64,000 nucleotides of DNA from NCBI GenBank assembly GCA_045534105.1, contig JAZSJB010000017.1, forward strand, positions 8,591 through 72,590. Direction: 5' to 3'. Source of the DNA: Lawsonibacter sp. (GTDB lineage: Bacteria > Bacillota > Clostridia > Oscillospirales > Oscillospiraceae). The notes under the pieces are model-generated. The model saw only the letters and a program-made list of their open reading frames with translations. It was not told the DNA's origin and made no database searches. The position numbers were made by a program, and so were the translations under genes. Shown one piece after another: positions 8,786 through 19,045 of this stretch (positions within the stretch are counted from its first letter, which is position 1; each line of letters opens with the position of its first letter).

Positions 8786-8823
8786 CTGCGGCAGTCTTAT
8801 ACGACTGCCGCAGTTTTTGTTTT
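8786..8823 (+). terminator. Riboswitch expression-platform terminator
   Basis: CTGCGGCAGTC-TTATAC-GACTGCCGCAG followed by TTTTTGTTTT. Confidence 0.85.
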
Positions 8824-8924
8824 GCAAGGCGGAACTTTTTGCGCTGTTTTCTCCATTTAACCATTGTTTTTCAAGGTGTATATCACCTGAAAATAAATCA
8901 TCAATCAAAATGGAGGAAACCAAA

Positions 8925-10250
8925 ATGAAACTCACGAAGAAAATCGTTTCTCTGATGCTGGCATTGTGCCTTGTTCTGGGACTGGCAGCATGTGGAACTC
9001 AGGGAAGCGAAACCAAAGATTCCGCAACCAGCAACCCCCCGGTTAGCGACAACACCCCCACTAATCCCGACAACAGCGACACCCCCGAAGAAAAGAAGCC
9101 CGTTATTCTTGCTGTCAGCTTTGGCAGCAGCTATAACGAAACCCGCGACATCACGATTGGCGCTGTCGAGGCAGCACTGCAGGCCGCTTATCCCGAATAT
9201 GAAGTCCGCCGCGCATTCACCGCTCAGACCGTCATTGATATTCTGGAAGACAGAGAAAAGCTTGAGATTGACAATGTAACTGAGGCTATGTCGCGTCTGG
9301 TTATGGATGGCGTTAAGGAAGTTGTGATTCAGCCTACCCATGTAATGCCCGGTGCAGAATATGACGATGTTATGGCTGAAATTGCAGTTTATGCAGATCA
9401 GTTTGACCGTTTTAAGGTAGGTGCTCCTTTGCTGACCGAGGATGCTGACTATGATGCTCTGATTGCTTCTCTGGCTGAAGAAACTGCCAAATACAACGCC
9501 GAGGGCACTGCTCTTGTTTTCATGGGTCATGGTACACATCACGATGCCAACTCTACCTATGCAACTCTGCAGGAAAAGCTTGTTGATGCAGGCTATACCA
9601 ACTATTTCGTTGGCACGGTTGAGGCCGCTCCCACTCTGGACGATGTTCTTGCGCTTGTGAAAGAGTCTGGGGCCAAGAAGGTCGTCCTGCTGCCTCTGAT
9701 GATTGTTGCAGGCGATCATGCCACCAATGATATGGCCGGCGACGAAGAGGATTCCTGGAAGACCGCTTTCCTGAATGCCGGTTATGAAGTTGAGTGCGTC
9801 TTGAAGGGTCTGGGTCAGTATGCCGGAGTGCAGGAACTGATTATAGCACACGCTGCCGCAGCAATTGCTTCTCCTGATCCTGTTGCTGCCGCTGAGATTA
9901 AAGCTGGCACTTATGAAATCAATGTTGAGTCCAGCTCCTCTATGTTCAAAATCGTGAAATGCGTCCTGACAGTTGAGGACGGAAGCATGAACGCTGTGAT
10001 CACCATGAGCGGTGATGGCTACAATCAGCTCTTTGTTGGCACCGGTGAAGAGGCTACCGCAGCTTCTGAGGCAGACTACATTCAGGCAGTTTTGGATTCC
10101 GATGACGCTGTCACCTTCTCCGTCCCTGTGGAAGAGCTGAATGTTGAAATGGATTGCGCTGCATGGAGTGTTAGCAAGGAAAAGTGGTATGACCGCACTC
10201 TTATCTTCCTGTCTGATGCAATTCCTGCCGATGCACTGATTGTGGAGTAA
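8925..10250 (+). CDS. cbiK: Lipoprotein sirohydrochlorin cobaltochelatase with an extra C-terminal beta-sandwich domain
   Basis: Signal peptide and lipobox LAAC; VSFGSS, RRAFT, QPTHVMPGAEY, MGHGT, GTVEA, PLMIVAGDHATNDMAGD. Confidence 0.9.
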   Translation: MKLTKKIVSLMLALCLVLGLAACGTQGSETKDSATSNPPVSDNTPTNPDNSDTPEEKKPVILAVSFGSSYNETRDITIGAVEAALQAAYPEYEVRRAFTAQTVIDILEDREKLEIDNVTEAMSRLVMDGVKEVVIQPTHVMPGAEYDDVMAEIAVYADQFDRFKVGAPLLTEDADYDALIASLAEETAKYNAEGTALVFMGHGTHHDANSTYATLQEKLVDAGYTNYFVGTVEAAPTLDDVLALVKESGAKKVVLLPLMIVAGDHATNDMAGDEEDSWKTAFLNAGYEVECVLKGLGQYAGVQELIIAHAAAAIASPDPVAAAEIKAGTYEINVESSSSMFKIVKCVLTVEDGSMNAVITMSGDGYNQLFVGTGEEATAASEADYIQAVLDSDDAVTFSVPVEELNVEMDCAAWSVSKEKWYDRTLIFLSDAIPADALIVE

Positions 10251-10254
10251 TGTT

Positions 10255-10647
10255 ATGAAACGAACTATCGCAATTCTGCTTTCCTGTCTGCTCATTTGCT
10301 CTCTTTTTACCGCCTGCGGCAATAAAGAGCTGACTGACGGAAAGTATACAATTGAAGTAACTTTGTCCGGCGGCTCCGGTCGAGCAAGCGTAGAGTCACC
10401 TACCACAATCATAATTGACGGTGAGACTATCACTGCAACAATCGTGTGGAGCAGCCCCTACTACGAATACATGCTCGTAGATGGCGTTCAGTATGATCCC
10501 ATTCAGACTGAGGGGAACTCTACTTTTGAAATCCCCATTATCCTGGATGAGGATATGGCTGTCAGTGCTTCCACCATTGCTATGAGCGAGCCCCATTTGG
10601 TGGAATACACTCTGCACTTTGATAGCTCGACCATTAAAGGAGAATGA
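10255..10647 (+). CDS. Small lipoprotein, single beta-sandwich (NEAT/Ig-like) domain
   Basis: Lipobox FTAC; sequence pattern parallels the CbiK C-terminal domain. Confidence 0.75.
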   Translation: MKRTIAILLSCLLICSLFTACGNKELTDGKYTIEVTLSGGSGRASVESPTTIIIDGETITATIVWSSPYYEYMLVDGVQYDPIQTEGNSTFEIPIILDEDMAVSASTIAMSEPHLVEYTLHFDSSTIKGE

Positions 10648-10649
10648 AC

Positions 10650-11786
10650 ATGAAGCGCTGCACTGCACTTTTCTTAACAGTAGCCTTGCTTCTGTCGGTC
10701 CTTAGTGGCTGCGGAACAGTGGAAACCAAAGAGGGATTGGGCAACGGCTGGGAGCCGGAACGCAGCATGGAACTACAGTTCGCTACTCAGTTTTCCATTG
10801 AATACTACCAAGACGGCTATAAACTGCTCTCTCTTGCAGATGGAAGCAGATTTCTGGTGATACCGGAAGGTGCTGAACTACCAAAGGGGATTTCCAAAGA
10901 TATCGTTCCACTGTATCAGCCTTTGGAGAATATCTATCTTGCGGCTACTGCTTCTATGTGTCTGTTTGATGCGCTGGATTCTTTGGATTCCATCCGCCTG
11001 TCCGGAACAAAAGAAGATGGTTGGCATATCGAAAACGCCAAACTTGCCATGCAGGAAGGACGAATCTTATACGCCGGAAAATATAGCGAACCCGACTATG
11101 AGATGTTGTTGGATTATCGCTGTCCTTTGGCTGTTGAATCCCTTATGATCGGACATGCTTCTGAGGTGAAAGATAAACTCGAAGAATTAGGTATTGCCGT
11201 TTTTATCGATCAGTCAAGTTCCGAATCACACCCCCTTGGTCGTACCGAATGGATTCGCTTGTACGGTGCGCTGTTGAACAAAGAAGATAAAGCGGATTCT
11301 CTATTTCAGCAGCAGGTTGACTACTTAAACGATGCGTTAAATGGTGAGAGCTCCGGTAAAACCGTTGCATTCTTCCATATCAGTTCTTCGGGCTATGTGG
11401 TTGCGAGAAAGAGCGGCGACTATGTCAGCAATATGATCGAGCTGGCAGGCGGCAAGTATGTCTTTGAAAATCTCGGTGATCCGGAAAAAGCCACCTCGAC
11501 GGTAACGATTGAGATGGAAACATTCTTTGCTACAGCTAAAGATGCGGACATTATTATCTACAACAGCGCCATTGTTGGCGAGGTTGAAAGTATTAAGGAA
11601 TTGATTGAAATCAACGGGCTTTTGGCAGAGTTCAAAGCAGTTCAAAACGGAAATGTCTGGTGTACAAGTCAGAACATGTACCAGGAGACAACGGAACTGG
11701 GTCTGATGATTCAGAGCTTCCAGAAGATTTTTTCTGGAGAAGCAGACGATCTGGACGAAGTTCCCTATCTTAATCGATTGCAATGA
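10650..11786 (+). CDS. ABC transporter substrate-binding lipoprotein (BtuF/FecB family)
   Basis: Lipobox LSGC; GKYSEPDYE, ESHPLGRTEWIRLYG. Confidence 0.9.
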   Translation: MKRCTALFLTVALLLSVLSGCGTVETKEGLGNGWEPERSMELQFATQFSIEYYQDGYKLLSLADGSRFLVIPEGAELPKGISKDIVPLYQPLENIYLAATASMCLFDALDSLDSIRLSGTKEDGWHIENAKLAMQEGRILYAGKYSEPDYEMLLDYRCPLAVESLMIGHASEVKDKLEELGIAVFIDQSSSESHPLGRTEWIRLYGALLNKEDKADSLFQQQVDYLNDALNGESSGKTVAFFHISSSGYVVARKSGDYVSNMIELAGGKYVFENLGDPEKATSTVTIEMETFFATAKDADIIIYNSAIVGEVESIKELIEINGLLAEFKAVQNGNVWCTSQNMYQETTELGLMIQSFQKIFSGEADDLDEVPYLNRLQ

Positions 11787-11788
11787 CA

Positions 11789-11829
11789 AAAGGCCCGCCG
11801 TAGAATTATATGTTCTGCGACGGGCCTTT
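11789..11829 (+). terminator. Intra-operonic hairpin after the SBP gene
   Basis: AAAGGCCCG...GTAGAA/TTCTGC...CGGGCCTTT. Confidence 0.6.
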
Positions 11830-11902
11830 CTGCCCTATAAATAGGAAAACAATTCGATTTGTCGATGTATATACATTTTTCAGACAGAAAGGCGATCTCG
11901 AT

Positions 11903-13033
11903 ATGAAAGCAAACAAATTAACTACATCCGTATCCACCCACTCCACAATACGATTGGGTAATATCAGCCGTTTCATAGCCGTTGTCGTCCTTTTATCCGG
12001 TATGTTGATTCTTGGTTTGGTGATGAATGTCAATATCGGGTCTGTTTCTATTGCTGTGACGGATGTTTTTCGCATGATTTGGGATGGTATCCGCTATGGC
12101 ATCGCCAACTTTTTCACCCGTGGCGGATATGCGGATGAACTGAGTTCCGTCATAAACAACTCAACCGAAAGTCAGATTCTATTCCGCATTCGCATCCCCC
12201 GTATGTTGCTGGCTGCTATTCTTGGTGGAGCATTGTCCGTTTCCGGCTATCTGCTGCAGGTCTTTTTCCGCAATCCCATCGCGGGTCCATTCGTTCTGGG
12301 TATATCTTCCGGTGCGAAAATGCTTGTCGGCATTACACTCATTTTTCTTGCCGGATATTTTGGAAGCGTTAGTTCTCTGACCCTGATTATTGCAGCCTTT
12401 CTGGGTTCTTTGCTGATCACGGTTATCGTCCTTCTATTCTCGCAGAAAGTGCGAAATATGTCGATGCTGCTGGTGATCGGTATCATGGTCGGTTACATCT
12501 GCGGAGCAGCAACCGATTTCTGTATCACTTTTGCCAATGACCACGATGTAGTGAATCTGACCAACTGGTCTATGGGTACATTTTCCGGTGCAAGTTGGGA
12601 CAATGTAAAAACAGCTCTCTGGCTATGTATCCCGGGTGTTTTGGCGGTACTGCTGCTTTCCAAGCCCATCGGTGCCTACGCTCTGGGCGAGGGATATGCC
12701 CAAAGTATGGGCATTCGTGTAAAGCCATTTCGGATATTGCTAATTTTGCTCTCCAGTCTTTTGTCAGCCTGCGTGACTGCTCTTGCAGGACCAATTTCTT
12801 TTGTGGGTATTGCAGTTCCTCACATTACCCGGACGTTCTTGAAATCGTCGAAGCCTGCATTCGTAATACCGGCTGCGTTCCTTTGCGGCGCGGTATTCTG
12901 CGTATTCTGTGATTTAATAGCAAGAACTGTTTTTGCACCCACCGAATTGGCGATTGGCACAGTCACTTCCGTTTTTGGTGCGCCGGTTGTCATTTACATG
13001 ATGGTGAAACGCCGCCGAGCACAGGAGGACTGA
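11903..13033 (+). CDS. ABC transporter permease (BtuC/FecCD family)
   Basis: IRIPRMLLA, FRNPIAGPFVLGISSGA, LGEGYAQSMG, GPISFVGIAVPH. Confidence 0.93.
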   Translation: MKANKLTTSVSTHSTIRLGNISRFIAVVVLLSGMLILGLVMNVNIGSVSIAVTDVFRMIWDGIRYGIANFFTRGGYADELSSVINNSTESQILFRIRIPRMLLAAILGGALSVSGYLLQVFFRNPIAGPFVLGISSGAKMLVGITLIFLAGYFGSVSSLTLIIAAFLGSLLITVIVLLFSQKVRNMSMLLVIGIMVGYICGAATDFCITFANDHDVVNLTNWSMGTFSGASWDNVKTALWLCIPGVLAVLLLSKPIGAYALGEGYAQSMGIRVKPFRILLILLSSLLSACVTALAGPISFVGIAVPHITRTFLKSSKPAFVIPAAFLCGAVFCVFCDLIARTVFAPTELAIGTVTSVFGAPVVIYMMVKRRRAQED

Positions 13034-13034
13034 C

Positions 13035-14168
13035 ATGGAATACTATTTTAAGACTCATGATCTGGCTGTCGGATATGATGGAAATATTCTGATTCACGAT
13101 ATCAATGTGAATCTGGAGAAAGGAAAAATTCTCACACTGATCGGCCCCAATGGAGCGGGAAAATCAACGATTCTCAAGTCTATCACCCGCCAACTTGAAA
13201 CGATTCGCGGAACAGTTTACATCAATGCCCAGGAACTGACCACCTGGGCACCCAAGGAAATGGCCAAACAGGTAGCTGTTGTGTTGACTGACCGTATTCG
13301 TCCGGAATTGATGACCTGTGCGGAAGTTGTGGCTATGGGCCGTTATCCATATACGAACTTATTTGGAAAACTCACACAAAAAGATACCGAGGCTGTGCAG
13401 GAAGCATTGGAGCGTGTTCACGCTCTCAATCTGGCTGAACAGGATTTTGCAACGCTGTCAGATGGACAGCGTCAGAGAATCATGCTGGCCAGAGCCATTT
13501 GCCAAGAGCCGGAAATCATCGTACTGGATGAACCTACCGCCTATTTGGATATCCGCCACAAAATTGAACTGCTGGACATTCTCCGTGAAATGGCTCAGAA
13601 AAAGAACATTACCGTCATTATGTCCTTGCACGAGATCGATCTGGCGATGAAGATATCCGACTATCTTCTTTGCGTGAAAGGCGATACGATTGAAGCATTC
13701 GGTCCGCCGGATGCTATTCTCGAAAACCACACCATTGAACATCTTTATGATCTGCATAACGGCTCTTATAATCTTCTGTTTGGCAGCGTTGAGTTGACGA
13801 AACCGGAGGGTGCTCCAAAGGTGTTTGTTGTAGCTGGCGGCGGTTATGGGATTTCTTGTTACAGAACCCTGCAAAAACAGGAGATCCCGTTTGCAACCGG
13901 CATCCTTTTTGAAAATGATGTGGATTGTCAGGTAGCAAGAGAACTCAGTAATCATGTTGTGGTTGCGCCTGCGTTTGAAGCGATGACAGACGCACAGTTC
14001 AAGGAGGCATCCGACCTCTTGCTCCGGTGTGAGGCAGTTATTGACGCCGGAACTCCGGCAGGAACTTTTAATCAACTAAACTTCAATTTGCTCCGACTGG
14101 CAGAGGATCATAATATCCCTGTTTATCGCAGCGAAAAGCCGCAGGAGGAACAGGTATGGAAAACATAA
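13035..14168 (+). CDS. ABC transporter ATPase (BtuD/FepC family) with C-terminal extension
   Basis: GPNGAGKS, LSDGQRQR, VLDEPT. Confidence 0.93.
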   Translation: MEYYFKTHDLAVGYDGNILIHDINVNLEKGKILTLIGPNGAGKSTILKSITRQLETIRGTVYINAQELTTWAPKEMAKQVAVVLTDRIRPELMTCAEVVAMGRYPYTNLFGKLTQKDTEAVQEALERVHALNLAEQDFATLSDGQRQRIMLARAICQEPEIIVLDEPTAYLDIRHKIELLDILREMAQKKNITVIMSLHEIDLAMKISDYLLCVKGDTIEAFGPPDAILENHTIEHLYDLHNGSYNLLFGSVELTKPEGAPKVFVVAGGGYGISCYRTLQKQEIPFATGILFENDVDCQVARELSNHVVVAPAFEAMTDAQFKEASDLLLRCEAVIDAGTPAGTFNQLNFNLLRLAEDHNIPVYRSEKPQEEQVWKT

Positions 14169-15517
14169 TTCCCAGAGTTGTTCTCGCCGGTACAAACAGT
14201 GGCTGCGGCAAAACGACTGTCACCTGCGCTATCCTGCAGGCATTGGTCAACCGAAACAAGAAGGTCGGAGCCTTCAAATGTGGACCGGATTATATCGACC
14301 CGATGTTCCATAGTCGGATCATCGGTGCCAAAAGCTCTAATCTTGACCTGTTTTTCTTCTCTGAAAACACGCTGAAATATCTGCTTGCAAAGAACAGTGC
14401 GGATCAGGATATCTGCGTAATCGAAGGTGTCATGGGCTTTTATGATGGCATGAGTTTAACAACGACTACTGCCAGCACCTATGAGGTTTCGCAGGTCACA
14501 CAAAGCCCGGTTATTCTGGTTGTTGCCGCCAAAGGTGCGTCGTTGTCTGTGCTGGCCACCATTCAAGGCTTTTTGGACTTTTGCCCTGACAACCATATCT
14601 GTGGTGTGATTTTGAACCAGTGTACAGCCATGACCTATTCGGTTCTTGCGAAAGAAATCGAGACACGCTTTTCCGGTAAAATTCGGCCTCTCGGCTTTTT
14701 ACCTATGATGAAGGAATGTTCTCTGGAGAGCCGCCACCTTGGACTGGTCACAGCAGCAGAGGTACAAGGGCTGCGTGAAAAGCTGCAGATTCTGGCGGCG
14801 CAGGCAGAACAAACCATTGATCTTGACGGTTTGTGTGAGCTGGCGGCAACTGCCTCGTCCATTTCCTGTGAGGCCGTTGAACTTCCCTTGCAACAAGAAA
14901 CGGTTCGCATAGCAGTGGCTCGTGACAATGCGTTCTGCTTTTATTATGAGGATAGTCTGGATGCGCTGCGGGAAATGGGTGCAGAGTTGATTCCATTCAG
15001 CCCCTTGGCTGACCGAGAGCTGCCGCAGAACATTCAGGGACTATATCTGGGAGGCGGCTATCCGGAGCTGTATGCCCAAAGACTGAGCGAGAACACTTCA
15101 ATGTGCGCTTCTGTCAAAGCAGCTCTTGAACGGGGCGTTCCCTGTATTGCAGAATGTGGCGGCTTTATGTATTTGACAGAATCGATAGCCGGGTTTCCCA
15201 TGGTTGGTTTTCTGCCGGGAAAAAGCTTTGATACAGGAAAGCTTACCCGGTTTGGATATGTTCGTTTGAAAGCCAAGCGTGATACGCTGCTCTGCAAATC
15301 CGGAGCGGAAATTTGCGGACATGAGTTCCACCATTGGGATAGTGAAGACTCCGGAAAATCGTTCACTGCCTCGAAAGCATCGGGAAAAAGCTGGGAATGT
15401 GTTCATGCAACAAATCGGCTTTATGCCGGATATCCCCACTTTCATTTTTACTCGAATCCTGACTTTGCAGTCAGCTTCTACAATACCTGCCTAAAGGAGA
15501 AGCATCAAAATGATTGA
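14156..15517 (+). CDS. cbiA: Cobyrinate a,c-diamide synthase
   Basis: SGCGKTT, FKCGPDYIDP, ESRHLGL, AFCFYY, AECGGFMYL, GHEFH. Confidence 0.95.
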   Translation: MENIIPRVVLAGTNSGCGKTTVTCAILQALVNRNKKVGAFKCGPDYIDPMFHSRIIGAKSSNLDLFFFSENTLKYLLAKNSADQDICVIEGVMGFYDGMSLTTTTASTYEVSQVTQSPVILVVAAKGASLSVLATIQGFLDFCPDNHICGVILNQCTAMTYSVLAKEIETRFSGKIRPLGFLPMMKECSLESRHLGLVTAAEVQGLREKLQILAAQAEQTIDLDGLCELAATASSISCEAVELPLQQETVRIAVARDNAFCFYYEDSLDALREMGAELIPFSPLADRELPQNIQGLYLGGGYPELYAQRLSENTSMCASVKAALERGVPCIAECGGFMYLTESIAGFPMVGFLPGKSFDTGKLTRFGYVRLKAKRDTLLCKSGAEICGHEFHHWDSEDSGKSFTASKASGKSWECVHATNRLYAGYPHFHFYSNPDFAVSFYNTCLKEKHQND

Positions 15518-16133
15518 GAATATCAAGCCTATGGACATCGAAAAGCGCAGCTTTGAAATCATTACTGAGCTGCTTGGCAACAAGGTGCTTGACCCCCGGA
15601 ATGAACTTGTGATCAAACGAGCCATTCATACAACCGCTGATTTTGACTATGCGGATAATCTCGTATTCTCTGAAAATGCAGTGGTCAAAGGCATTGAAGC
15701 CCTTCGCAGTGGCTGTGATATTGTGACCGATACACAGATGGCAAAGTCCGGCATTAACAAAACCATTCTTGGAAAGCTGGGCGGCACGGTGCATTGCTTT
15801 ATGTCGGATGCAGATGTGGCAGAAGAGGCCAAACAGCGTGGGATCACGCGGGCCATCGTGTCAATGGAGCGTGCGGCAAAGCTGCCACGGCCATGTATCT
15901 TTGCCATCGGAAACGCTCCGACAGCTCTGATCGCTCTGCACAGTATGATGGAAGAAGGATCTCTTTCCCCTGCACTGATCATTGGCGTTCCAGTTGGTTT
16001 CGTCAATGTGGTGGAGAGCAAGGAACTGATTATTAACTCCAAAGTTCCTCACATTGTTGCCAGAGGGCGTAAAGGTGGAAGCAATGTAGCTGCGGCGATT
16101 TGCAATGCACTGCTCTACCAAATCATGCGGTGA
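15510..16133 (+). CDS. cbiC: Cobalt-precorrin-8 methylmutase
   Basis: IEKRSFEII, IHTTADF, IGNAPTAL, PVGFV, GRKGGSNVAAA. Confidence 0.95.
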   Translation: MIENIKPMDIEKRSFEIITELLGNKVLDPRNELVIKRAIHTTADFDYADNLVFSENAVVKGIEALRSGCDIVTDTQMAKSGINKTILGKLGGTVHCFMSDADVAEEAKQRGITRAIVSMERAAKLPRPCIFAIGNAPTALIALHSMMEEGSLSPALIIGVPVGFVNVVESKELIINSKVPHIVARGRKGGSNVAAAICNALLYQIMR

Positions 16134-16138
16134 GCATT

Positions 16139-17269
16139 ATGGAAGAATACATCGTAAAAGACGGAAAGAAACTCCGTTTGGGATATACGACAGGCTCCTG
16201 CGCTGCCGCTGCATCAAAGGCGGCGGCATGGATGCTCCTGACCGGAAGGCGCAAAGAGAAAATCCAAATCGACACACCAAAAGGAATTACTTTGGATTTG
16301 GATGTGCTGCAGATCAGCACGGAAGATACTATCGTATCTTGTGCTATTGAAAAAGACGGCGGCGATGACCCGGATGTAACCAAAGGTTCTCTCGTCTTTG
16401 CACAGGTCACCCGTACAGAAACTCCGGGGATCATCATTGACGGCGGTCAGGGCGTTGGACGTGTGACAAAGCGTGGTTTGGATCAGCCGGTAGGCGCTGC
16501 TGCCATCAACTCTGTTCCCCGACAGATGATTCGCGAAAATCTTGAGGAAGTCTGCCGGTTGACCGACTATCATGGTGGCCTCTCCGTTGTGATCTCTGTA
16601 CCGGACGGAGAGCAGCTTGCGAAAAAGACGTTCAATCCGAGGCTCGGAATCGTCGGCGGCATCTCTATTTTGGGAACGACCGGGATCGTAGAGCCGATGA
16701 GTGAGCAAGCCCTTGTTGATACGATTCGGGTAGAACTCCGTCAGCGCAAAGCAAACGGTGCCGAATATGTCCTGCTGACCCCCGGAAACTATGGCTCGGA
16801 TTATATTCAAAAAGAGATTGGTATCGATCCTAAAACCGCGGTTTTGACTTCTAACTTTATCGGGGAGTCGTTGGATATTTGTAAAGAGTTGGGGTTTCGA
16901 GGGGCGTTGCTGATCGGGCATATCGGTAAGCTTGTGAAAATCGCAGGCGGTATGCTGAACACACATTCCAAATATGGTGACTGTCGGATGGATATCATGG
17001 CTGCTCACGCCGGTGCTGCAGGTCTTTCTGCCCCGCAGATCGCGGAGATGCTGGACTGTGCTACCTGTGATGATGCCATTCGTATTTTGAAAGAAAATGG
17101 TCTTTGTGCGCAAACTCTGGAACGCATCTCGAATCGGATATCCTTTATCATGGATCATAGAGTTGCTGGTGAAATGAATACAGGGGCAATCCTTTTTTCC
17201 AAAGAATATGGCTTTCTGACCGAAACAAAGAATGCCCGGTCACTTTTGAAACTGATTACGGAGGAATAA
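16139..17269 (+). CDS. cbiD: Cobalt-precorrin-5B C1-methyltransferase
   Basis: LRLGYTTGSCAAAA, KDGGDDPDVT, TFNPRLGIVGGISILGTTGIVEPMS. Confidence 0.95.
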   Translation: MEEYIVKDGKKLRLGYTTGSCAAAASKAAAWMLLTGRRKEKIQIDTPKGITLDLDVLQISTEDTIVSCAIEKDGGDDPDVTKGSLVFAQVTRTETPGIIIDGGQGVGRVTKRGLDQPVGAAAINSVPRQMIRENLEEVCRLTDYHGGLSVVISVPDGEQLAKKTFNPRLGIVGGISILGTTGIVEPMSEQALVDTIRVELRQRKANGAEYVLLTPGNYGSDYIQKEIGIDPKTAVLTSNFIGESLDICKELGFRGALLIGHIGKLVKIAGGMLNTHSKYGDCRMDIMAAHAGAAGLSAPQIAEMLDCATCDDAIRILKENGLCAQTLERISNRISFIMDHRVAGEMNTGAILFSKEYGFLTETKNARSLLKLITEE

Positions 17270-17273
17270 GTAT

Positions 17274-18029
17274 ATGGTGCATTTTGTTGGTGCAGGCAGC
17301 GGTGCGGTTGACCTGATAACAGTAAGGGGCGCTCGTCTTTTGGGTGAGGCCGATGTGGTCATTTATGCGGGTTCTCTGGTGAATCCCGACTTGCTTTCTT
17401 ACACCAAGGAAGGGTGTGAGATCCACGACAGCGCGAAGATGACGCTGGAGCAGGTAATTGAAGTAATTAAAAAAGCAGAGGCCGAAGGAAAAGCAACAGT
17501 TCGCCTCCATACCGGTGATTCCAGCATTTACGGTGCGGTTCGTGAGCAGTTTGATGAGCTACTGGGGTTGGGCATCGAATATGATGTCTGTCCGGGTGTC
17601 AGTTCTTTCTGCGGAGCGGCAGCATCCCTGAAAACGGAATATACTCTCCCCGATGTTAGCCAGACGGTTATTATCACCCGAACCGCAGGACGAACCCCTG
17701 TTCCCGAGCGAGAGTCCATTCGTGCTCTGGCCGCACATCAGTCCACTATGGTACTGTTCCTCAGTACCTCCCTTACTGAGCGGCTTCAGGCAGATCTTCT
17801 GGCCGGTGGTTATCCGGGAAATACCCCTGTAGCAGTTGTCTATAAGGCTACATGGCCCGAAGAACGGATTTTCCGCTGCACCGTTGAAACACTCCATAAA
17901 ACGGTAACGGAAAACGGCCTGACAAAAACTTCTTTGATCGTTGTTGGAAACTGCATGGGTGATAAATATCTGCGTTCTCTGCTGTATCATCCTGGCTTTA
18001 CAACAGAATACCGAGAGGCGACAGAATGA
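17274..18029 (+). CDS. cbiF: Cobalt-precorrin-4 C11-methyltransferase
   Basis: VHFVGAGSG, IYAGSLV, RLHTGDSSIYGA, SQTVIITR. Confidence 0.95.
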   Translation: MVHFVGAGSGAVDLITVRGARLLGEADVVIYAGSLVNPDLLSYTKEGCEIHDSAKMTLEQVIEVIKKAEAEGKATVRLHTGDSSIYGAVREQFDELLGLGIEYDVCPGVSSFCGAAASLKTEYTLPDVSQTVIITRTAGRTPVPERESIRALAAHQSTMVLFLSTSLTERLQADLLAGGYPGNTPVAVVYKATWPEERIFRCTVETLHKTVTENGLTKTSLIVVGNCMGDKYLRSLLYHPGFTTEYREATE

Positions 18030-19045
18030 AAATAGCATTGTTTGCTTATAGTCGCCAAGGGTGCCGAACAGCCCACAGAGTTATGTCGTTCTTTTCGCAG
18101 GACGATATCAAAGCCCATACAATGGAACGTTTTGAAGAAACGGGATTTGATCCGATTCGCCGTCCCGCAAAGCCCTTTTACGGGGAGCTGTTCTCTTGGG
18201 CCGATGCATTGATTTTTGTAGGCTCCTGCGGAATTGCCGTCCGCGAGATTGCGCCCCATGTACGGGACAAGCGAACCGACCCGGCTGTTGTCTGTTTAGA
18301 TGAATTAGGGCGGTTTGTGATTCCGTTGCTCTCCGGGCATATTGGTGGGGCCAATGAAATGGCATCAAAAATAGCGGCTCATCTGGGCGCTACCCCGGTG
18401 ATCACAACTGCAACCGATATCAACAACAGATTTTCCGTAGATACCTGGGCGGCCAGAAATGGTTTCGTGATCGACAACATCCACCGTGCAAAAATGGTAT
18501 CAGCGGCTATTTTGGAGCGGGATATTCCTCTTTCCTGCGACTTTCCTATCGCAACCAATCTTCCAAACGGAGTTGTGCTTGGAAACAGCGGAGACTTGGG
18601 AATCAGCATTTCCTATCTGGAAAGGAGTCCTTTTGAACAGACGCTGAGATTGGTTCCGAAAATCCTGCATGTCGGCATTGGCTGCCGAAGAGGAACTTCA
18701 GCAGATGCGATCTCTGAGGCGGTAAAAGCTGCATTTGAGCAAAATGGGCTGGATGGCAAAGGTATTAAGTGTGTGGCATCTATTGATCTGAAAGCAGATG
18801 AAGCAGGTCTTTTGAAATGCTGTGAAGATCATGGACTGACACCTGTTTTCTATTCCTCTGCGGAACTTCTGGAAGTTCCGGGAACATTCACGCCGTCTGC
18901 CTTTGTGCAAAGTGTGACCGGTGTGGACAATGTATGTGAACGAGCTGCACTTAGGGGTGCAGATAAGCTGATCGTAAAGAAAACTGCCTTAAATGGTGTA
19001 ACAGTCGCAGTTGCGGCGGAAAAACTGGAGGTGCGCTTTGGGTAG
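18026..19045 (+). CDS. cbiG: Cobalt-precorrin-5A hydrolase
   Basis: GIAVREIAP, DKRTDPAVV, LLSGHIGGAN, VITTATD, GIGCRRG. Confidence 0.95.
   Translation: MKIALFAYSRQGCRTAHRVMSFFSQDDIKAHTMERFEETGFDPIRRPAKPFYGELFSWADALIFVGSCGIAVREIAPHVRDKRTDPAVVCLDELGRFVIPLLSGHIGGANEMASKIAAHLGATPVITTATDINNRFSVDTWAARNGFVIDNIHRAKMVSAAILERDIPLSCDFPIATNLPNGVVLGNSGDLGISISYLERSPFEQTLRLVPKILHVGIGCRRGTSADAISEAVKAAFEQNGLDGKGIKCVASIDLKADEAGLLKCCEDHGLTPVFYSSAELLEVPGTFTPSAFVQSVTGVDNVCERAALRGADKLIVKKTALNGVTVAVAAEKLEVRFG

Noticed and set aside
8721-8924. N-terminal extension of CbiK in the ORF track
   Set aside because: It overlaps the riboswitch terminator; the real start is the ATG at 8925 with a GGAGG RBS and signal peptide.
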